From Escherichia coli (GTDB lineage Bacteria; Pseudomonadota; Gammaproteobacteria; Enterobacterales; Enterobacteriaceae): 64,000 bases of DNA. Every line of letters starts with the position of its first letter. Positions within the stretch are counted from its first letter, which is position 1. The notes below the pieces were generated by a model. The model ran no database searches. It was given only the letters and a program-made list of their open reading frames with translations, and had not been told where the DNA came from. The position numbers and the translations under genes were made by a program. This document shows, one piece after another, positions 37,912 to 50,698 of the stretch. The DNA lies in the NCBI RefSeq assembly GCF_003790525.1, contig NZ_CP033635.1. One strand, 5' to 3'.

Positions 37912-38877
37912 TTAGAATGGTTTGTTAATATTAATAGATTTACCATTGATATCTTTTGACACCTTAAAAAAATCTATACCTTTTATCCACTGACATAACT
38001 GTTGTAGTGTTTCCATTGCCTGTTCTAACTCATTTTTTTCAATTCTAACGCCCCCATGATGGCTACAGGAATTTAATAATTCCTGAGCTAGAGTGATGTC
38101 ATTCTTCAGCTTATTAGGCAGACCGAGAAAATTAATCACCCTCGACAAACTCCCAAGCATTAACTTTTGATAGTCTTCTTCAAATTCCTTTTCAGCCCTA
38201 ATATTTACTAACATCAAAACATACTCAAGATAACGCCGTGCTGTATTTCCCTTTTCTTGTAACGCATCTCTATCATACTCTTTAATATCACTCAATTCCT
38301 GTAGTAGAAAATCAAACTTAGCTATTGCCAAGTTAAGATTGATGTTATGCATTAGCAATTCGGATGCATGATTGCTAACAGGTACACGATTTGGTGGACG
38401 TATCATTATAGCCGTCGTGTAACAATTTATATTTGGTATCTGTATAAATTCCTCACCGGAACGCGTAACACGTTGAACTTCTACCATATAGTGGCCAAAT
38501 TTATCAATCTCATATGACCGACAACGAGCAGAATATAATTTATTTAGCTTTTTCCTGTCTTGATAATATGATTTTATTAATACAAAAAATGCTCTTTCGT
38601 GCTCAATAATTAAAATAGTCTCTATTGAAGCATGGTACAACCATCCGTTATTCCATGTTAATTCAAGCTGTCTATTTCCATCTTTAAAATCAATTTTAGT
38701 TATACGATCCCAACTTCCTCTATCAATAAAATCGACAATATTGCGCCCAAATCCTTGATAGTTATTTTTAACAATGTGCAATAGTACTGCCTTTATTTTA
38801 TCCCAATCATGAATTTCTTTTTCATATTCACCATTTAATATATTCGTTAAATCACTGTGAAAATTTTCATATGTCAT
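37912..38877 (-). CDS. hypothetical 321-aa protein, no recognisable motif; island cargo of unknown function
   Basis: ORF track; AT-rich codon usage like the neighbouring operon; lies between integrase and operon. Confidence 0.55.
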   Translation of the reverse strand: MTYENFHSDLTNILNGEYEKEIHDWDKIKAVLLHIVKNNYQGFGRNIVDFIDRGSWDRITKIDFKDGNRQLELTWNNGWLYHASIETILIIEHERAFFVLIKSYYQDRKKLNKLYSARCRSYEIDKFGHYMVEVQRVTRSGEEFIQIPNINCYTTAIMIRPPNRVPVSNHASELLMHNINLNLAIAKFDFLLQELSDIKEYDRDALQEKGNTARRYLEYVLMLVNIRAEKEFEEDYQKLMLGSLSRVINFLGLPNKLKNDITLAQELLNSCSHHGGVRIEKNELEQAMETLQQLCQWIKGIDFFKVSKDINGKSININKPF

Positions 38878-38978
38878 AAGTATCTCTTTTTAGATAAAAT
38901 TGGATTTCGACAAGTAGACGTTGATAACAACAAGACTGGTTAGATAATTTAATCATTGATGCAACGTTTAGCGTTGAA

Positions 38979-40163
38979 TCAATTGACATCATTACCAATT
39001 CTTCCAATGCAATCAGCATACCACTGCATCATCTCCCTCCGCCCTTCCAGATACAAAGCATGGTTGTACGTCCCACGAATCGCATTCTTATCGACATGCG
39101 CAAGCTGGGTTTCAATCCATGCCGTATTGAACCCTTCCTCGTGCAAAATCGTACTCATCGTGTGACGGAAACCATGCCCCGTTACCTTCCCCGTATACCC
39201 AATCCGTTTGAATACCTGATTCATACTCGCTTCACTCATCGTCTTGCGGGGATCATTTCGCCCTGGGAATACCAGTGGATATTGCCCAGATATCACCTTG
39301 AGTTGTTGTACGATTTCCAGCGCTTGGGTAGATAGGGGGACAAGGTGAGGCCGTTTCATCTTCATACGCTCTGCAGGTATTTCCCACACTGCTTTTTCAA
39401 GATCAAACTCACTCCAGAAAGCACCTCGTAGCTCGCCAGTACGAACTCCTGTAAGGATCAGCAGACGAGCGGCAAGAACAACTAACGGGCTTCCTGTGTA
39501 GCCTGCGAGAGCTTTAAAGAAGTCTGGTAACTCCTCAACAGTAAGGAAGGGATAATGCTTCGATTCATGCCCTGACATTGCGCTGGTTAGATCCGCTGCA
39601 GGATTGTATTCCGCACGACCGGTAACGATGGCGTAACGAAAGACTTCACTGCAACGCTGGCGAACCTTCTTGGCCTTCTCTGTCGCGCCACGGCTTTCCA
39701 TTCGACGTAGCACATTCAGCAGAACCAAAGGCTTGATGTCATTCACCGGCAGTTGGCCAATATAAGGGAAAATATCTTTATTGAAGGCTTCGATAATGTC
39801 GGAGGCATAACCTTCTGACCACCGGCTCACCTTCGTTCCGTGCCATTCAAGTGCCACAGCCTGAAACGTATTATTGAGCTGCACATCGCGAACCAACTTT
39901 TCTTCTTTCTTGGCAAACGATGGGTCGATACCTTCGGCCAGCTTTTTCTTGGCTTCATCACGCAGTGCCCTCGCTTGTGCAAGGGACACTGCCGGATAGA
40001 CACCAAAAGCCATACGTTTCTCTTTTCCATTGAAGCGATATTTCATCCGCCAGTATCGAGAACCAGAAGGAACAACTTCAAGATACAAGCCTGCACCATC
40101 TGCTAGCTTGTAGGCTTTCTCTCTGGGTTTAGCAGCATCTACCTGTCGAGCATTAAGCTTCAT
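38979..40163 (-). CDS. int: P4-type tyrosine integrase
   Basis: ORF 38979..40202 trimmed to MKLNARQVDAAKPREKAYKLADGAGLYLEV…; C-terminal …HGFRHT… catalytic region; adjacent to tRNA-Thr 3' end. Confidence 0.85.
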   Translation of the reverse strand: MKLNARQVDAAKPREKAYKLADGAGLYLEVVPSGSRYWRMKYRFNGKEKRMAFGVYPAVSLAQARALRDEAKKKLAEGIDPSFAKKEEKLVRDVQLNNTFQAVALEWHGTKVSRWSEGYASDIIEAFNKDIFPYIGQLPVNDIKPLVLLNVLRRMESRGATEKAKKVRQRCSEVFRYAIVTGRAEYNPAADLTSAMSGHESKHYPFLTVEELPDFFKALAGYTGSPLVVLAARLLILTGVRTGELRGAFWSEFDLEKAVWEIPAERMKMKRPHLVPLSTQALEIVQQLKVISGQYPLVFPGRNDPRKTMSEASMNQVFKRIGYTGKVTGHGFRHTMSTILHEEGFNTAWIETQLAHVDKNAIRGTYNHALYLEGRREMMQWYADCIGRIGNDVN

Positions 40164-40326
40164 TGGGGGCATCTCCCTGGACCGAACACAGAATGCCCCC
40201 ACTTATGCCCCCAACTGCGACTTGATTTCGGTTGAGTCCAGTTGATAACAGGAGATAAGATACGGGCCAGAAACCGCAGTATACGGGCTTTTAGTTGATT
40301 TCGGTAGACTTGGGAAGAGTTTGAAA

Positions 40327-40402
40327 TGGTGCCGATAATAGGAGTCGAACCTACGACCTTCGCATTACGAATGCGCTGCTCTACCAACTGAGCTATATCG
40401 GC
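40327..40402 (-). tRNA. thrW: tRNA-Thr (thrW-like), 76 nt with CCA
   Basis: reverse complement reads GCCGATATAGCTCAGTTGGTAGAGCAGCGCATTCGTAATGCGAAGGTCGTAGGTTCGACTCCTATTATCGGCACCA. Confidence 0.9.
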
Positions 40403-40517
40403 CCTGAAAGGACATGATTCACGAACGTGAATCACGGTGGACAAGGTTAAAACTAACCGGGCGATGCGTCAATGGCCTTGTGAATCAAATGGCTACTTTT
40501 GCATCACCCGGTTTTAT

Positions 40518-41771
40518 TTACGCACGAATGGTGTAATCACCAATGCCGATCCACTTGTAAGTGGTCAGTGCTTCCAGGCCCATCGGGCCACGCGCGTGGA
40601 GTTTTTGTGTGCTTACCGCCACTTCCGCTCCCAGACCAAACTGGCCGCCATCGGTAAAACGCGTAGAGGCGTTAACGTAAACAGCGGATGAATCTACTTC
40701 ATTAACAAAACGCTGGGCGTTGCGCATATCGCGGGTCAGGATCGCATCGGAGTGTTGCGTGCCGTGTTCACGAATATGGGCGATAGCATCGTCAAGATCG
40801 CTGACGATTTTGACGTTCAAGTCTAATGACAGGAACTCATCGTCATACTCTTCGGCTTTAACAGCCACCACCTTCGCGGGGCCTGCCTGCAATTGCGCCA
40901 GCGCAGCAGCATCTGCGTGTAACGTCACGCCACTTTCCGCCATTTGCTTGCTTAATGCGGGCAGGAAGCTATCTGCGATGTTTTTATTTACCAGCAACGT
41001 TTCTACCGTATTACACGTGCTCGGGCGCTGAGTTTTCGCGTTGACAATCACTTTCAATGCTTCAGCGATCTCTGCACTTTCATCAACGTAAATATGGCAT
41101 ACGCCTATACCACCTGTGATTACCGGAATCGTCGACTGCTCGCGGCACAGTTTATGCAACCCAGCCCCGCCGCGTGGAATCAGCATGTCGATGTATTTAT
41201 CCATACGCAGCATTTCACTGACCAGCGCGCGGTCAGGATTATCAATCGCCTGTACTGCGCCTGCCGGTAAATCGCAGGATTTCAGGGCGTCCTGAATCAC
41301 CGCCACCGTTGCAGCGTTAGTGCGACAGGTTTCTTTGCCACCACGCAGGATCACTGCGTTACCGGTTTTCAGGCACAGCGAAGCGACATCTACTGTCACG
41401 TTCGGGCGAGCTTCATAAATCACGCCAATCACCCCCAGCGGTACGCGACGACGCTCCAGACGCAGACCGCTGTCCAGCACACCACCATCAATCACCTGCC
41501 CCACCGGATCGGCGAGGTTGCACACCTGGCGCACATCATCGGCAATGCCTTTCAGCCGTGCGGGCGTCAGTGCCAGACGGTCAAGCATCGCTTCGCTAAG
41601 GCCATTGGCACGCGCGTCAGCAACATCCTGGGCGTTAGCGTTGAGGATGATTTCGCTTTGTGCTTCCAGTTCATCGGCGATTTTTTCCAGCACGCGATTT
41701 TTTTCGCGGCTGGAGAGTTGCGCTAATTTATAAGAGGCTTGCTTCGCGGCAATGCCCATTTGTTCCAGCAT
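40518..41771 (-). CDS. proA: gamma-glutamyl phosphate reductase ProA
   Basis: ORF track, 417 aa. Confidence 0.9.
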   Translation of the reverse strand: MLEQMGIAAKQASYKLAQLSSREKNRVLEKIADELEAQSEIILNANAQDVADARANGLSEAMLDRLALTPARLKGIADDVRQVCNLADPVGQVIDGGVLDSGLRLERRRVPLGVIGVIYEARPNVTVDVASLCLKTGNAVILRGGKETCRTNAATVAVIQDALKSCDLPAGAVQAIDNPDRALVSEMLRMDKYIDMLIPRGGAGLHKLCREQSTIPVITGGIGVCHIYVDESAEIAEALKVIVNAKTQRPSTCNTVETLLVNKNIADSFLPALSKQMAESGVTLHADAAALAQLQAGPAKVVAVKAEEYDDEFLSLDLNVKIVSDLDDAIAHIREHGTQHSDAILTRDMRNAQRFVNEVDSSAVYVNASTRFTDGGQFGLGAEVAVSTQKLHARGPMGLEALTTYKWIGIGDYTIRA

Positions 41772-41782
41772 CAGCCTGCTCC

Positions 41783-42886
41783 TTAACGGGTAATCATGTC
41801 ATCACGGTGAACGGCAACCGGGCCGTATTCATATCCCAGTATTGCATCAATTTCTTGCGAGTGGTGTCCGGCAATACGGCGTAATGCATCGCTGTTGTAA
41901 CGACTGACACCGTGGGCGATATCGCGACCTTCGAGGTTGCAAATGCGGATGACTTCACCACGCGAGAAATTGCCAGTCACGCTTTTAATCCCTTTCGGCA
42001 ACAGGGAGCTGCCGCGTTCAAGAATGGCGGCAGTTGCCCCTTCATCTACCGTGATTTCACCCGCCGGCGGCGCACCGAAAATCCAGCGTTTACGGTTTTC
42101 AAGCGGAGTCGCCTGGGCATGGAACAGCGTACCCACGGAAATGCCTTCCATCACATCACCAATAACGCCCGGCTTGCTGCCCGCGGCAATAATGGTGTCG
42201 ATACCCGCACGGCAAGCCACGTCCGCGGCCTGCAATTTGGTACTCATGCCGCCAGTTCCGAGGCCTGAAACGCTGTCACCGGCAATCGCGCGCAGTGCGT
42301 CATCAATGCCGTAAACATCTTTAATCAGTTCTGCCTGCGGATTGCTGCGCGGGTCAGCGGTGTACAAACCTTTTTGATCGGTCAGCAGCAACAGTTTATC
42401 GGCACCCGCCAGAATCGCCGCCAGCGCAGAAAGGTTATCGTTATCACCGACCTTAATCTCTGCAGTAGCGACAGCATCGTTCTCATTGATTACCGGAACG
42501 ATATTGTTATCGAGCAACGCACGCAAGGTGTCGCGGGCGTTCAGGAAGCGTTCACGGTCTTCCATATCAGCACGGGTCAGCAGCATTTGCCCGACGTGAA
42601 TGCCATAAATAGAAAACAGCTGTTCCCATAGTTGAATCAGTCGACTCTGCCCTACCGCCGCCAGCAGTTGTTTCGAGGCGATAGTCGCTGGCAGTTCCGG
42701 GTAACCCAGGTGCTCACGTCCGGCGGCGATCGCGCCCGACGTCACAATAACAATCCGATGCCCGGCGGCATGTAACTGCGCGCACTGGCGAACAAGTTCA
42801 ACGATATGGGCACGGTTCAGACGGCGCGATCCGCCTGTTAGCACACTGGTGCCGAGTTTTACCACCAGCGTCTGGCTGTCACTCAT
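41783..42886 (-). CDS. proB: glutamate 5-kinase ProB
   Basis: ORF 41783..42973 trimmed to [16 protein letters not shown] (367 aa); C-terminal PUA domain. Confidence 0.9.
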
Positions 42887-43173
42887 GATTCTCTGCCATT
42901 CAATTTTAGGGAAAATGATATCAAACGAACGTTTTAGCAGGACTGTCGCCGGTTGCCAACCATCTGCAAGCAAAGCATGGCGTTTTGTTGCGCGGGATCA
43001 GCAAGCGTAGCGGCAGTTGTTTACGCTTTTATTACAGATTTAATAAATTACCACATTTTAAGAATATCATTAATCTGTAATATATCTTTAACAATCTCAG
43101 GTTAAAAACTTTCCTGTTTTCAACGGGGCTCTCCCGCTGAATATTCGCGCGTTAATTAAAATCAGGAATGAAA

Positions 43174-44229
43174 ATGAAAAAGAGCACTCTGGCATTAGTG
43201 GTGATGGGCATTGTGGCATCGGCATCCGTACAGGCCGCAGAAATATATAACAAAGACGGTAATAAACTGGATATCTATGGCAAAGTTAAAGCCATGCATT
43301 ATATGAGCGATAATGACAGTAAAGATGGCGACCAAAGTTATATCCGTTTTGGTTTTAAAGGCGAAACACAAATTAACGATCAACTGACGGGTTATGGTCG
43401 GTGGGAAGCAGAGTTTGCCGGTAATAAAGCGGAGAGTGATACTGCACAGCAAAAAACGCGTCTCGCTTTTGCCGGGTTGAAATATAAAGATTTGGGTTCT
43501 TTCGATTATGGTCGTAACCTGGGCGCGCTGTATGACGTGGAAGCCTGGACCGATATGTTCCCGGAATTTGGTGGCGACTCCTCCGCACAGACCGACAACT
43601 TTATGACCAAACGTGCCAGCGGTCTGGCGACGTATAGGAACACCGACTTCTTCGGCGTTATCGATGGTCTGAACTTAACCCTGCAATATCAAGGGAAAAA
43701 CGAAAACCGCGATGTTAAAAAGCAAAACGGCGATGGCTTCGGCACATCATTGACATATGACTTTGGTGGCAGCGATTTCGCCATCAGTGGAGCCTATACC
43801 AACTCTGATCGCACCAACGAGCAGAACCTGCAAAGCCGTGGCACAGGCAAGCGTGCAGAAGCATGGGCAACAGGTCTGAAATACGATGCCAATAATATTT
43901 ATCTGGCAACTTTCTATTCTGAAACACGCAAAATGACGCCAATAACTGGCGGCTTTGCCAATAAGACACAGAACTTTGAAGCGGTCGCCCAATACCAGTT
44001 TGACTTTGGTCTGCGTCCGTCGCTGGGTTATGTCTTATCGAAAGGGAAAGATATTGAAGGCATCGGTGATGAAGATCTGGTCAATTATATCGATGTTGGT
44101 GCTACGTATTATTTCAACAAAAATATGTCGGCATTTGTTGATTATAAAATAAACCAACTGGATAGCGATAATAAGCTGAACATCAATAATGATGATATTG
44201 TCGCGGTTGGCATGACCTATCAGTTTTAA
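43174..44229 (+). CDS. phoE: phosphate-starvation outer-membrane porin PhoE
   Basis: ORF 43168..44229; signal peptide [22 protein letters not shown]-terminal …VGMTYQF. Confidence 0.9.
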   Translation: MKKSTLALVVMGIVASASVQAAEIYNKDGNKLDIYGKVKAMHYMSDNDSKDGDQSYIRFGFKGETQINDQLTGYGRWEAEFAGNKAESDTAQQKTRLAFAGLKYKDLGSFDYGRNLGALYDVEAWTDMFPEFGGDSSAQTDNFMTKRASGLATYRNTDFFGVIDGLNLTLQYQGKNENRDVKKQNGDGFGTSLTYDFGGSDFAISGAYTNSDRTNEQNLQSRGTGKRAEAWATGLKYDANNIYLATFYSETRKMTPITGGFANKTQNFEAVAQYQFDFGLRPSLGYVLSKGKDIEGIGDEDLVNYIDVGATYYFNKNMSAFVDYKINQLDSDNKLNINNDDIVAVGMTYQF

Positions 44230-44235
44230 TGGATA

Positions 44236-44262
44236 TTGCCGGATGTGATGCATCCGGCACAT
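44236..44262. terminator. REP-like hairpin/terminator between convergent phoE and crl
   Basis: TGCCGGATGtgatgCATCCGGCA. Confidence 0.45.
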
Positions 44263-44267
44263 TTCAC

Positions 44268-44726
<459 letters not shown>

Positions 44727-45971
44727 TTAACACAATCGTTTTTCGATCCAGTCGGTGATTTCCTGAAGACCTTTGTCAAAATTCCGATACACCGGGTTAA
44801 ATGGGATCTCTAACAATTTACCGTCAGCAGATGATGAGGTGATTAAGCGTGAGTCCTCTTCCGGGCTGAACGGATCGTTCTTCCAGTAGCCTGATAACAT
44901 TGGCGTTGGGCAGCGACGTCCCAGCAATCCTTGCACTTTTAATGAATAGCGATTCAGCTCCACGCGCAACGCTTCGTCGGAAGCATCATGCATCCCCAAA
45001 CGGCTCGCCAGAACGTCAAGATACATTTCCGGCACCTGTTGCTGGCACTTAAAATCACTCAACAGGGTATGAACTACCGGACCAAGACAGGCAACCGCTT
45101 TCAGACGCGGCGATTCAAGGTATGCCAGACGCACGGCAACGTTAGCGCCGAAACGGAAACCAAAGGCCGCGACGCGAGTGTGATCTACCCACGGTACGTT
45201 AGGCAGCGCCTTTAAGACGTGCTGATGCAACAGGCTGGAGTCCTGGGTGAGCTTCCATTTTGAAGAAAAGCCCACCGACGGCATATCAATAGTCAGCATC
45301 GCAATGCCGCGCGGCGCAAAATAACGTTCATACAGGCTGTAATAGTCCGTCTGCATCGCATCCAGACCACCACACATTAATACTGTCGGGAACGGGCCAT
45401 CACCTTTCGGCATATGCAAAAAGCCGGTGATGGGCGCACCGCCGGGTACGGTAAACTCCATCTGCCGCATCGTGCCCGGCAGACGCTGAGCGGCCTCTTC
45501 ATAGGCGCGGTTTGACAAAGCCTGCGCTTGCTCGGCCAGGTCATCTCCTTTCAGATGAGGATAGGCAGCAATGTTGTACAACGTAGCCGCATGCAGCCAG
45601 TGTCGACCGCTGAGTTGCGGATCTTCTTCCGCACAGGCTTTTTGTTGCCACACCATCGCCTGGGTAGCCCACTCATAAATCCAGTTGCCGCCGCGGTAGC
45701 CAATCACCGTATCGTATAAATCATCGTCGGTACGTTCGGCATCGCTCATCACAATACGCGCCTGGACGTCGAGGATTTCACGTGGGTCAATGCCGCGCCA
45801 GATCCACATCAGACGGTTAATCATGCGATACCAGTGAGGGATGGTTTTACCATCAAGGGCCGACTGCACAGGCGGTTGTGCGCCGTGATTAAAGCGGCGG
45901 ACTAGCGTCGAGGTTTCAGGATGTTTAAAGCGGGGTTTGAACAGGGTTTCGCTCAGGTTTGCCTGTGTCAT
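44727..45971 (-). CDS. frsA: alpha/beta hydrolase FrsA
   Basis: ORF track, 414 aa. Confidence 0.85.
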
Positions 45972-46062
45972 GGATGCAGCCTCCAGAATACTTACTGGAA
46001 ACTATTGTAACCCGCCTGAAGTTAAAAAGAACAACGCCCGGCAGTGCCAGGCGTTGAAAAGA

Positions 46063-46521
46063 TTAGCGACCGGAGATTGGCGGGACGAATACGACGCCCA
46101 TATCCCACGGCTGTTCAATCCAGGTATCTTGCGGGATATCAACAACATAGTCATCAACCAGCGGACGACCAGCCGGTTTTGCGAAGATGGTGACAAAGTG
46201 CGCTTTTGGATACATTTCACGAATCGCAACCGCAGTACCACCGGTATCCACCAGGTCATCAATAACGATGAAGCCTTCGCCATCGCCTTCTGCGCGTTTC
46301 AGCACTTTAAGCTCGCGCTGGTTGTCGTGATCGTAGCTGGAAATACAAACGGTATCGACATGACGAATACCCAGTTCACGCGCCAGTAACGCACCCGGTA
46401 CCAGACCGCCACGGCTTACGGCAATAATGCCTTTCCATTGTTCAGAAGGCATCAGTCGGCTTGCGAGTTTACGTGCATGGATCTGCAACATGTCCCAGGT
46501 GACGATGTATTTTTCGCTCAT
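46063..46521 (-). CDS. gpt: xanthine-guanine phosphoribosyltransferase
   Basis: ORF track, 152 aa; PRPP-binding [11 protein letters not shown]. Confidence 0.9.
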
Positions 46522-46781
46522 GTGAAGTGTCCCAGCCTGTTTATCTACGGCTTAAAAAGTGTTCGAGGGGAAAATAGGTTGCGCGAGATTATAGAGATCT
46601 GGCGCACTAAAAACCAGTATTTCACATGAGTCCGCGTCTTTTTACGCACTGCCTCTCCCTGACGCGGGATAAAGTGGTATTCTCAAACATATCTCGCAAG
46701 CCTGTCTTGTGTTGACAACATTTTCTGCTAACCCTGTGACCTGCAATACTGTTTTGCGGGTGATCGACAAGGAGACTTAAC

Positions 46782-48239
46782 GTGTCTGAACTGTCTCAAT
46801 TATCTCCACAGCCGCTGTGGGATATTTTTGCCAAAATCTGTTCTATTCCTCACCCGTCCTATCATGAAGAGCAACTCGCTGAATACATTGTTGGTTGGGC
46901 AAAAGAGAAAGGTTTCCATGTCGAACGCGATCAGGTGGGTAATATCCTGATTCGTAAACCTGCCACCGCAGGTATGGAAAATCGTAAACCGGTCGTCTTG
47001 CAGGCCCACCTCGATATGGTGCCGCAGAAAAATAACGACACCGTGCATGACTTCACGAAAGATCCTATCCAGCCTTATATTGATGGCGAATGGGTTAAAG
47101 CGCGCGGCACCACGCTGGGTGCGGATAACGGCATTGGTATGGCCTCTGCACTGGCGGTTCTGGCTGACGAAAACGTGGTTCACGGCCCGCTGGAAGTGCT
47201 GCTGACCATGACCGAAGAAGCCGGTATGGACGGTGCTTTTGGCTTACAGAGCAACTGGTTGCAGGCTGATATTCTGATTAACACCGACTCCGAAGAAGAA
47301 GGTGAAATCTACATGGGTTGTGCGGGGGGTATCGACTTCACCTCCAACCTGCATTTAGATCGTGAAGCGGTTCCAGCTGGTTTTGAAACCTTCAAGTTAA
47401 CCTTAAAAGGTCTGAAAGGCGGTCACTCCGGCGGTGAAATCCACGTTGGCCTGGGTAATGCCAACAAACTGCTGGTGCGCTTCCTGGCGGGTCATGCGGA
47501 GGAGCTGGACCTGCGCCTTATCGATTTCAACGGTGGCACACTGCGTAACGCCATCCCGCGTGAAGCCTTTGCGACGATTGCTGTCGCAGCTGATAAAGTC
47601 GACGCCCTGAAATCTCTGGTGAATACCTATCAGGAGATCCTGAAAAACGAACTGGCAGAAAAAGAGAAGAATCTGGCATTGCTGCTGGACTCTGTTGCGA
47701 ACGATAAAGCTGCCCTGATTGCGAAATCTCGCGATACCTTTATTCGTCTGCTGAACGCCACCCCGAACGGTGTGATCCGCAACTCCGACGTGGCAAAAGG
47801 TGTGGTCGAAACCTCCCTGAACGTCGGTGTGGTGACCATGACTGACAATAACGTAGAAATTCACTGCCTGATCCGTTCTCTGATCGACAGCGGTAAAGAC
47901 TACGTGGTGAGCATGCTGGATTCGCTGGGTAAACTGGCTGGCGCGAAAACCGAAGCGAAAGGCGCATATCCTGGCTGGCAGCCGGACGCTAATTCTCCGG
48001 TGATGCATCTGGTACGTGAAACCTATCAGCGTCTGTTCAACAAGACGCCGAACATCCAGATTATCCACGCGGGCCTGGAATGTGGTCTGTTCAAAAAACC
48101 GTATCCGGAAATGGACATGGTTTCTATCGGGCCAACAATCACCGGTCCACACTCTCCGGATGAGCAAGTTCACATCGAAAGCGTAGGCCATTACTGGACA
48201 CTGCTGACTGAACTGCTGAAAGAAATTCCGGCGAAGTAA
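46782..48239 (+). CDS. pepD: cytosol non-specific dipeptidase PepD
   Basis: ORF track, 485 aa. Confidence 0.9.
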   Translation: MSELSQLSPQPLWDIFAKICSIPHPSYHEEQLAEYIVGWAKEKGFHVERDQVGNILIRKPATAGMENRKPVVLQAHLDMVPQKNNDTVHDFTKDPIQPYIDGEWVKARGTTLGADNGIGMASALAVLADENVVHGPLEVLLTMTEEAGMDGAFGLQSNWLQADILINTDSEEEGEIYMGCAGGIDFTSNLHLDREAVPAGFETFKLTLKGLKGGHSGGEIHVGLGNANKLLVRFLAGHAEELDLRLIDFNGGTLRNAIPREAFATIAVAADKVDALKSLVNTYQEILKNELAEKEKNLALLLDSVANDKAALIAKSRDTFIRLLNATPNGVIRNSDVAKGVVETSLNVGVVTMTDNNVEIHCLIRSLIDSGKDYVVSMLDSLGKLAGAKTEAKGAYPGWQPDANSPVMHLVRETYQRLFNKTPNIQIIHAGLECGLFKKPYPEMDMVSIGPTITGPHSPDEQVHIESVGHYWTLLTELLKEIPAK

Positions 48240-48249
48240 TTATTTGATT

Positions 48250-48290
48250 TGCTGCCGGATGGCGTTTAATCGCCTTCCGGCAGTTTCATC
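48250..48290 (+). terminator. hairpin terminator after pepD
   Basis: GCTGCCGGAtggcgtttaatcgccTTCCGGCAGttt. Confidence 0.45.
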
Positions 48291-48295
48291 CTTCA

Positions 48296-48910
48296 TTATC
48301 CTTCGATAAAAGCCATCCCTGTGAACGTTCGTCGCGGGTTGCCACGTTCAATCTGGTGATGGAACATTCGCCGCTGCGATTTCAGCGCCGCGCTATTTTC
48401 CTGTTGCTGTTGTTCCAGCTTCCAGGCAATCAGTAATCGCGCCAGCCGTTTGTTAGCATGCTGACTGCGCTCTGACTGAACCTTCACGCTAATACCGGAT
48501 GCCAGATGCGTGGCGCGTACCGCCGAGTCGGTTTTATTGACATGTTGACCGCCCGGCCCCGACGAACGCAGCGTCTCATAACGGATCGCGTCGGATTGTT
48601 CCTGCTCATCAGCGGTAAAACGCCCAATGCCCAGAAACCAGTTTTTGCGCCCATGATGAGGCCGATACGGACTCGGACAAATCCACTGGATAGTGCCACA
48701 CCAGCTTTCGCTTAGAGCCCATGCGTTATCGCCATCCAGAGAAATCAGCGCCGAACGCATTGTGTCAGGATAGCGCCCCGCTTCTGTTTCCAGCACCGTT
48801 ATCGCGACGTCTTGTCGGGTAGCTTCTTTAATCAACCTGTCCAGCGCCTTTTTCACTGCCAGGCAACATTCTTCCGGCCCCTGAGCTGAGGAGAGTTGTA
48901 GCAAGATCAT
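48296..48910 (-). CDS. prfH: peptide chain release factor homolog PrfH (GGQ motif present)
   Basis: ORF 48296..48994 trimmed to [16 protein letters not shown]…; …[16 protein letters not shown]…; start overlaps the upstream stop (ATGA). Confidence 0.8.
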   Translation of the reverse strand: MILLQLSSAQGPEECCLAVKKALDRLIKEATRQDVAITVLETEAGRYPDTMRSALISLDGDNAWALSESWCGTIQWICPSPYRPHHGRKNWFLGIGRFTADEQEQSDAIRYETLRSSGPGGQHVNKTDSAVRATHLASGISVKVQSERSQHANKRLARLLIAWKLEQQQQENSAALKSQRRMFHHQIERGNPRRTFTGMAFIEG

Positions 48911-50058
48911 CCTTTTTTCCCTCCACTGTTTTTGAGCGTTAGCACCGGACGCAGTCGCGCGACAGGAATAATTAACCCAGCCTGCACCAGACATTGCACC
49001 ACGCTTTCAGCCGATTTATAAGCTTGTGGCGCTTCTTCAAAGATGAGTTGTTTATCGCGACAAATTACCCGGCTGCCAAGTTCAGTACGTGAGAGCTGCG
49101 TCGCTGTGTATTTCGCTGCCAGACGCCCTTTACACTCGGTGCGCCCCCATTTACGCCCAGCCCCATGCGCCAGCGAATGCAATGTTTCCTCACTCCTGAC
49201 GGGCTGAACCAGCCAGGAGTAATCACCGCGTGAACCGGGAATAATCACCAGACCGTTGTCATCCGGTGTGGCACCTTTACGATGCAACCAGCCCTGTTGA
49301 TCACCGATTCGACACGCGCTAACAAAGTTATGCGCCACATCCAGAACCGAATTACCGTTGGCCTTAATCTGTTGCATTATGCGCAAAGCGATCAGCTGGC
49401 GATTAATACGCGCAAACGCCAGCGCATCATCATGTTCCACAATATAACTTAGCGCGTCGTCACTGCCTTCAGGCAAACCATGATGCGAAAACGAGGCAAT
49501 ATGCCGCTGTAAAATAGACTGGCCCAAACCCCGCGAGCCGCTATGAACCAGCAGTTGCAGATGCTGCGCATCCAGACCTGTCAGTGCAAACAGTTCAGCG
49601 TCGATAATTTCATCAACTTGTTGCAGTTCTGCGAAGTGGTTTCCGCCACCGATGGAACCCAGCGAGCTGCGCCACGGATGCTGTGCTAACGCTGACGGCA
49701 GGTTTTCCTCCAGCCAGCTTTCTTCAGCAACGTCATCCAGCGCAGATAATCGCTTTTCAAACTTATCGGCGTTGTATTTGCGCGCGAAAATATCTGTTTG
49801 CCATAGCGCCATACCGCAGCCGATATCATTGCCGACCAGTGCCGGGTAAAAACGGCCTACGGAGAAGAACGCTGCGCCAATCGGATAGCCGCGTCCGGGG
49901 TGTAAATCTGGCATCCCTACTACGCGTTGCATGTCGGGTAAATTTGCCGTGGTGTGTAATTGTTGGATCGCTGAACTCTCGATCCACAGGTCATCAGATG
50001 CGATGGTAAGTACCGCATCAGATAAGGGACGAATATATTTGCCCATGTACCATTCCAT
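48907..50058 (-). CDS. RtcB-family RNA ligase paralog (intact counterpart of the K-12 ykfJ remnant)
   Basis: ORF track, 383 aa; RtcB-like motifs (…GGNHF…, …HGAGR…); translationally coupled to prfH. Confidence 0.7.
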   Translation of the reverse strand: MEWYMGKYIRPLSDAVLTIASDDLWIESSAIQQLHTTANLPDMQRVVGMPDLHPGRGYPIGAAFFSVGRFYPALVGNDIGCGMALWQTDIFARKYNADKFEKRLSALDDVAEESWLEENLPSALAQHPWRSSLGSIGGGNHFAELQQVDEIIDAELFALTGLDAQHLQLLVHSGSRGLGQSILQRHIASFSHHGLPEGSDDALSYIVEHDDALAFARINRQLIALRIMQQIKANGNSVLDVAHNFVSACRIGDQQGWLHRKGATPDDNGLVIIPGSRGDYSWLVQPVRSEETLHSLAHGAGRKWGRTECKGRLAAKYTATQLSRTELGSRVICRDKQLIFEEAPQAYKSAESVVQCLVQAGLIIPVARLRPVLTLKNSGGKKG

Positions 50059-50236
50059 TTATGAATAAAAATCAGGAAATGGCAGACGAATCCAGGGCAA
50101 GAAAAAAAGAATTAATCCTGGAAAGGTCTGCAAAGAGTCATTGATAAAGGATTTGTCATGATTTACCTCCTTGCAGTTTGTGGAATAAGAAAACGCGCAC
50201 ATACTAGGCGGGCGTTATTTTCTTTGCAAGCTGGAT

Positions 50237-50689
50237 TTAATGTTGCGGTTTATATCGCATATAAAAATTAGTAAACCACGCTCCCCGGCATTCAACGCGC
50301 TGCTGCTTAACTGTCTGAAAACCATAACGTTCAAAAAAGGGTTTTGCGGTTATGCTGGCGTCCACCGTAAGTTCGGATTCAGACTTAATCAAAGGTTTTA
50401 ACAAAGCGCTGGCAACCCCGCGTCGGGTGTATTCAGGTTCAACAAATAACATATCGATATAATGTCCAATGCGGGTAATAAAACCAACCGGTTGTGCATT
50501 AATAACTGCAACCCGCACTTGTGATTTCGCGAGTTTCTCCTTCCAGCGAGATTCGTCAATCTGCGCCCAGGCGGCAATTTGTTGTGGTGAATAATGCTGA
50601 CTGGCGGTCATCGTAACCGCTCTAAGGAAAATAGCGCATAGTTGCTGAAAATCGCCAGGCTGATAGTTTCTTATTTGTATGTTATTCAT
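50237..50689 (-). CDS. yafP: GNAT-family acetyltransferase YafP
   Basis: ORF track, 150 aa. Confidence 0.8.
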   Translation of the reverse strand: MNNIQIRNYQPGDFQQLCAIFLRAVTMTASQHYSPQQIAAWAQIDESRWKEKLAKSQVRVAVINAQPVGFITRIGHYIDMLFVEPEYTRRGVASALLKPLIKSESELTVDASITAKPFFERYGFQTVKQQRVECRGAWFTNFYMRYKPQH

Positions 50690-50698
50690 AATATAAAT

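Noticed and set aside
47403..48191. 262-aa minus-strand ORF antisense to pepD
   Set aside because: Fully contained in pepD on the opposite strand; His/Arg/Gln-rich nonsense composition
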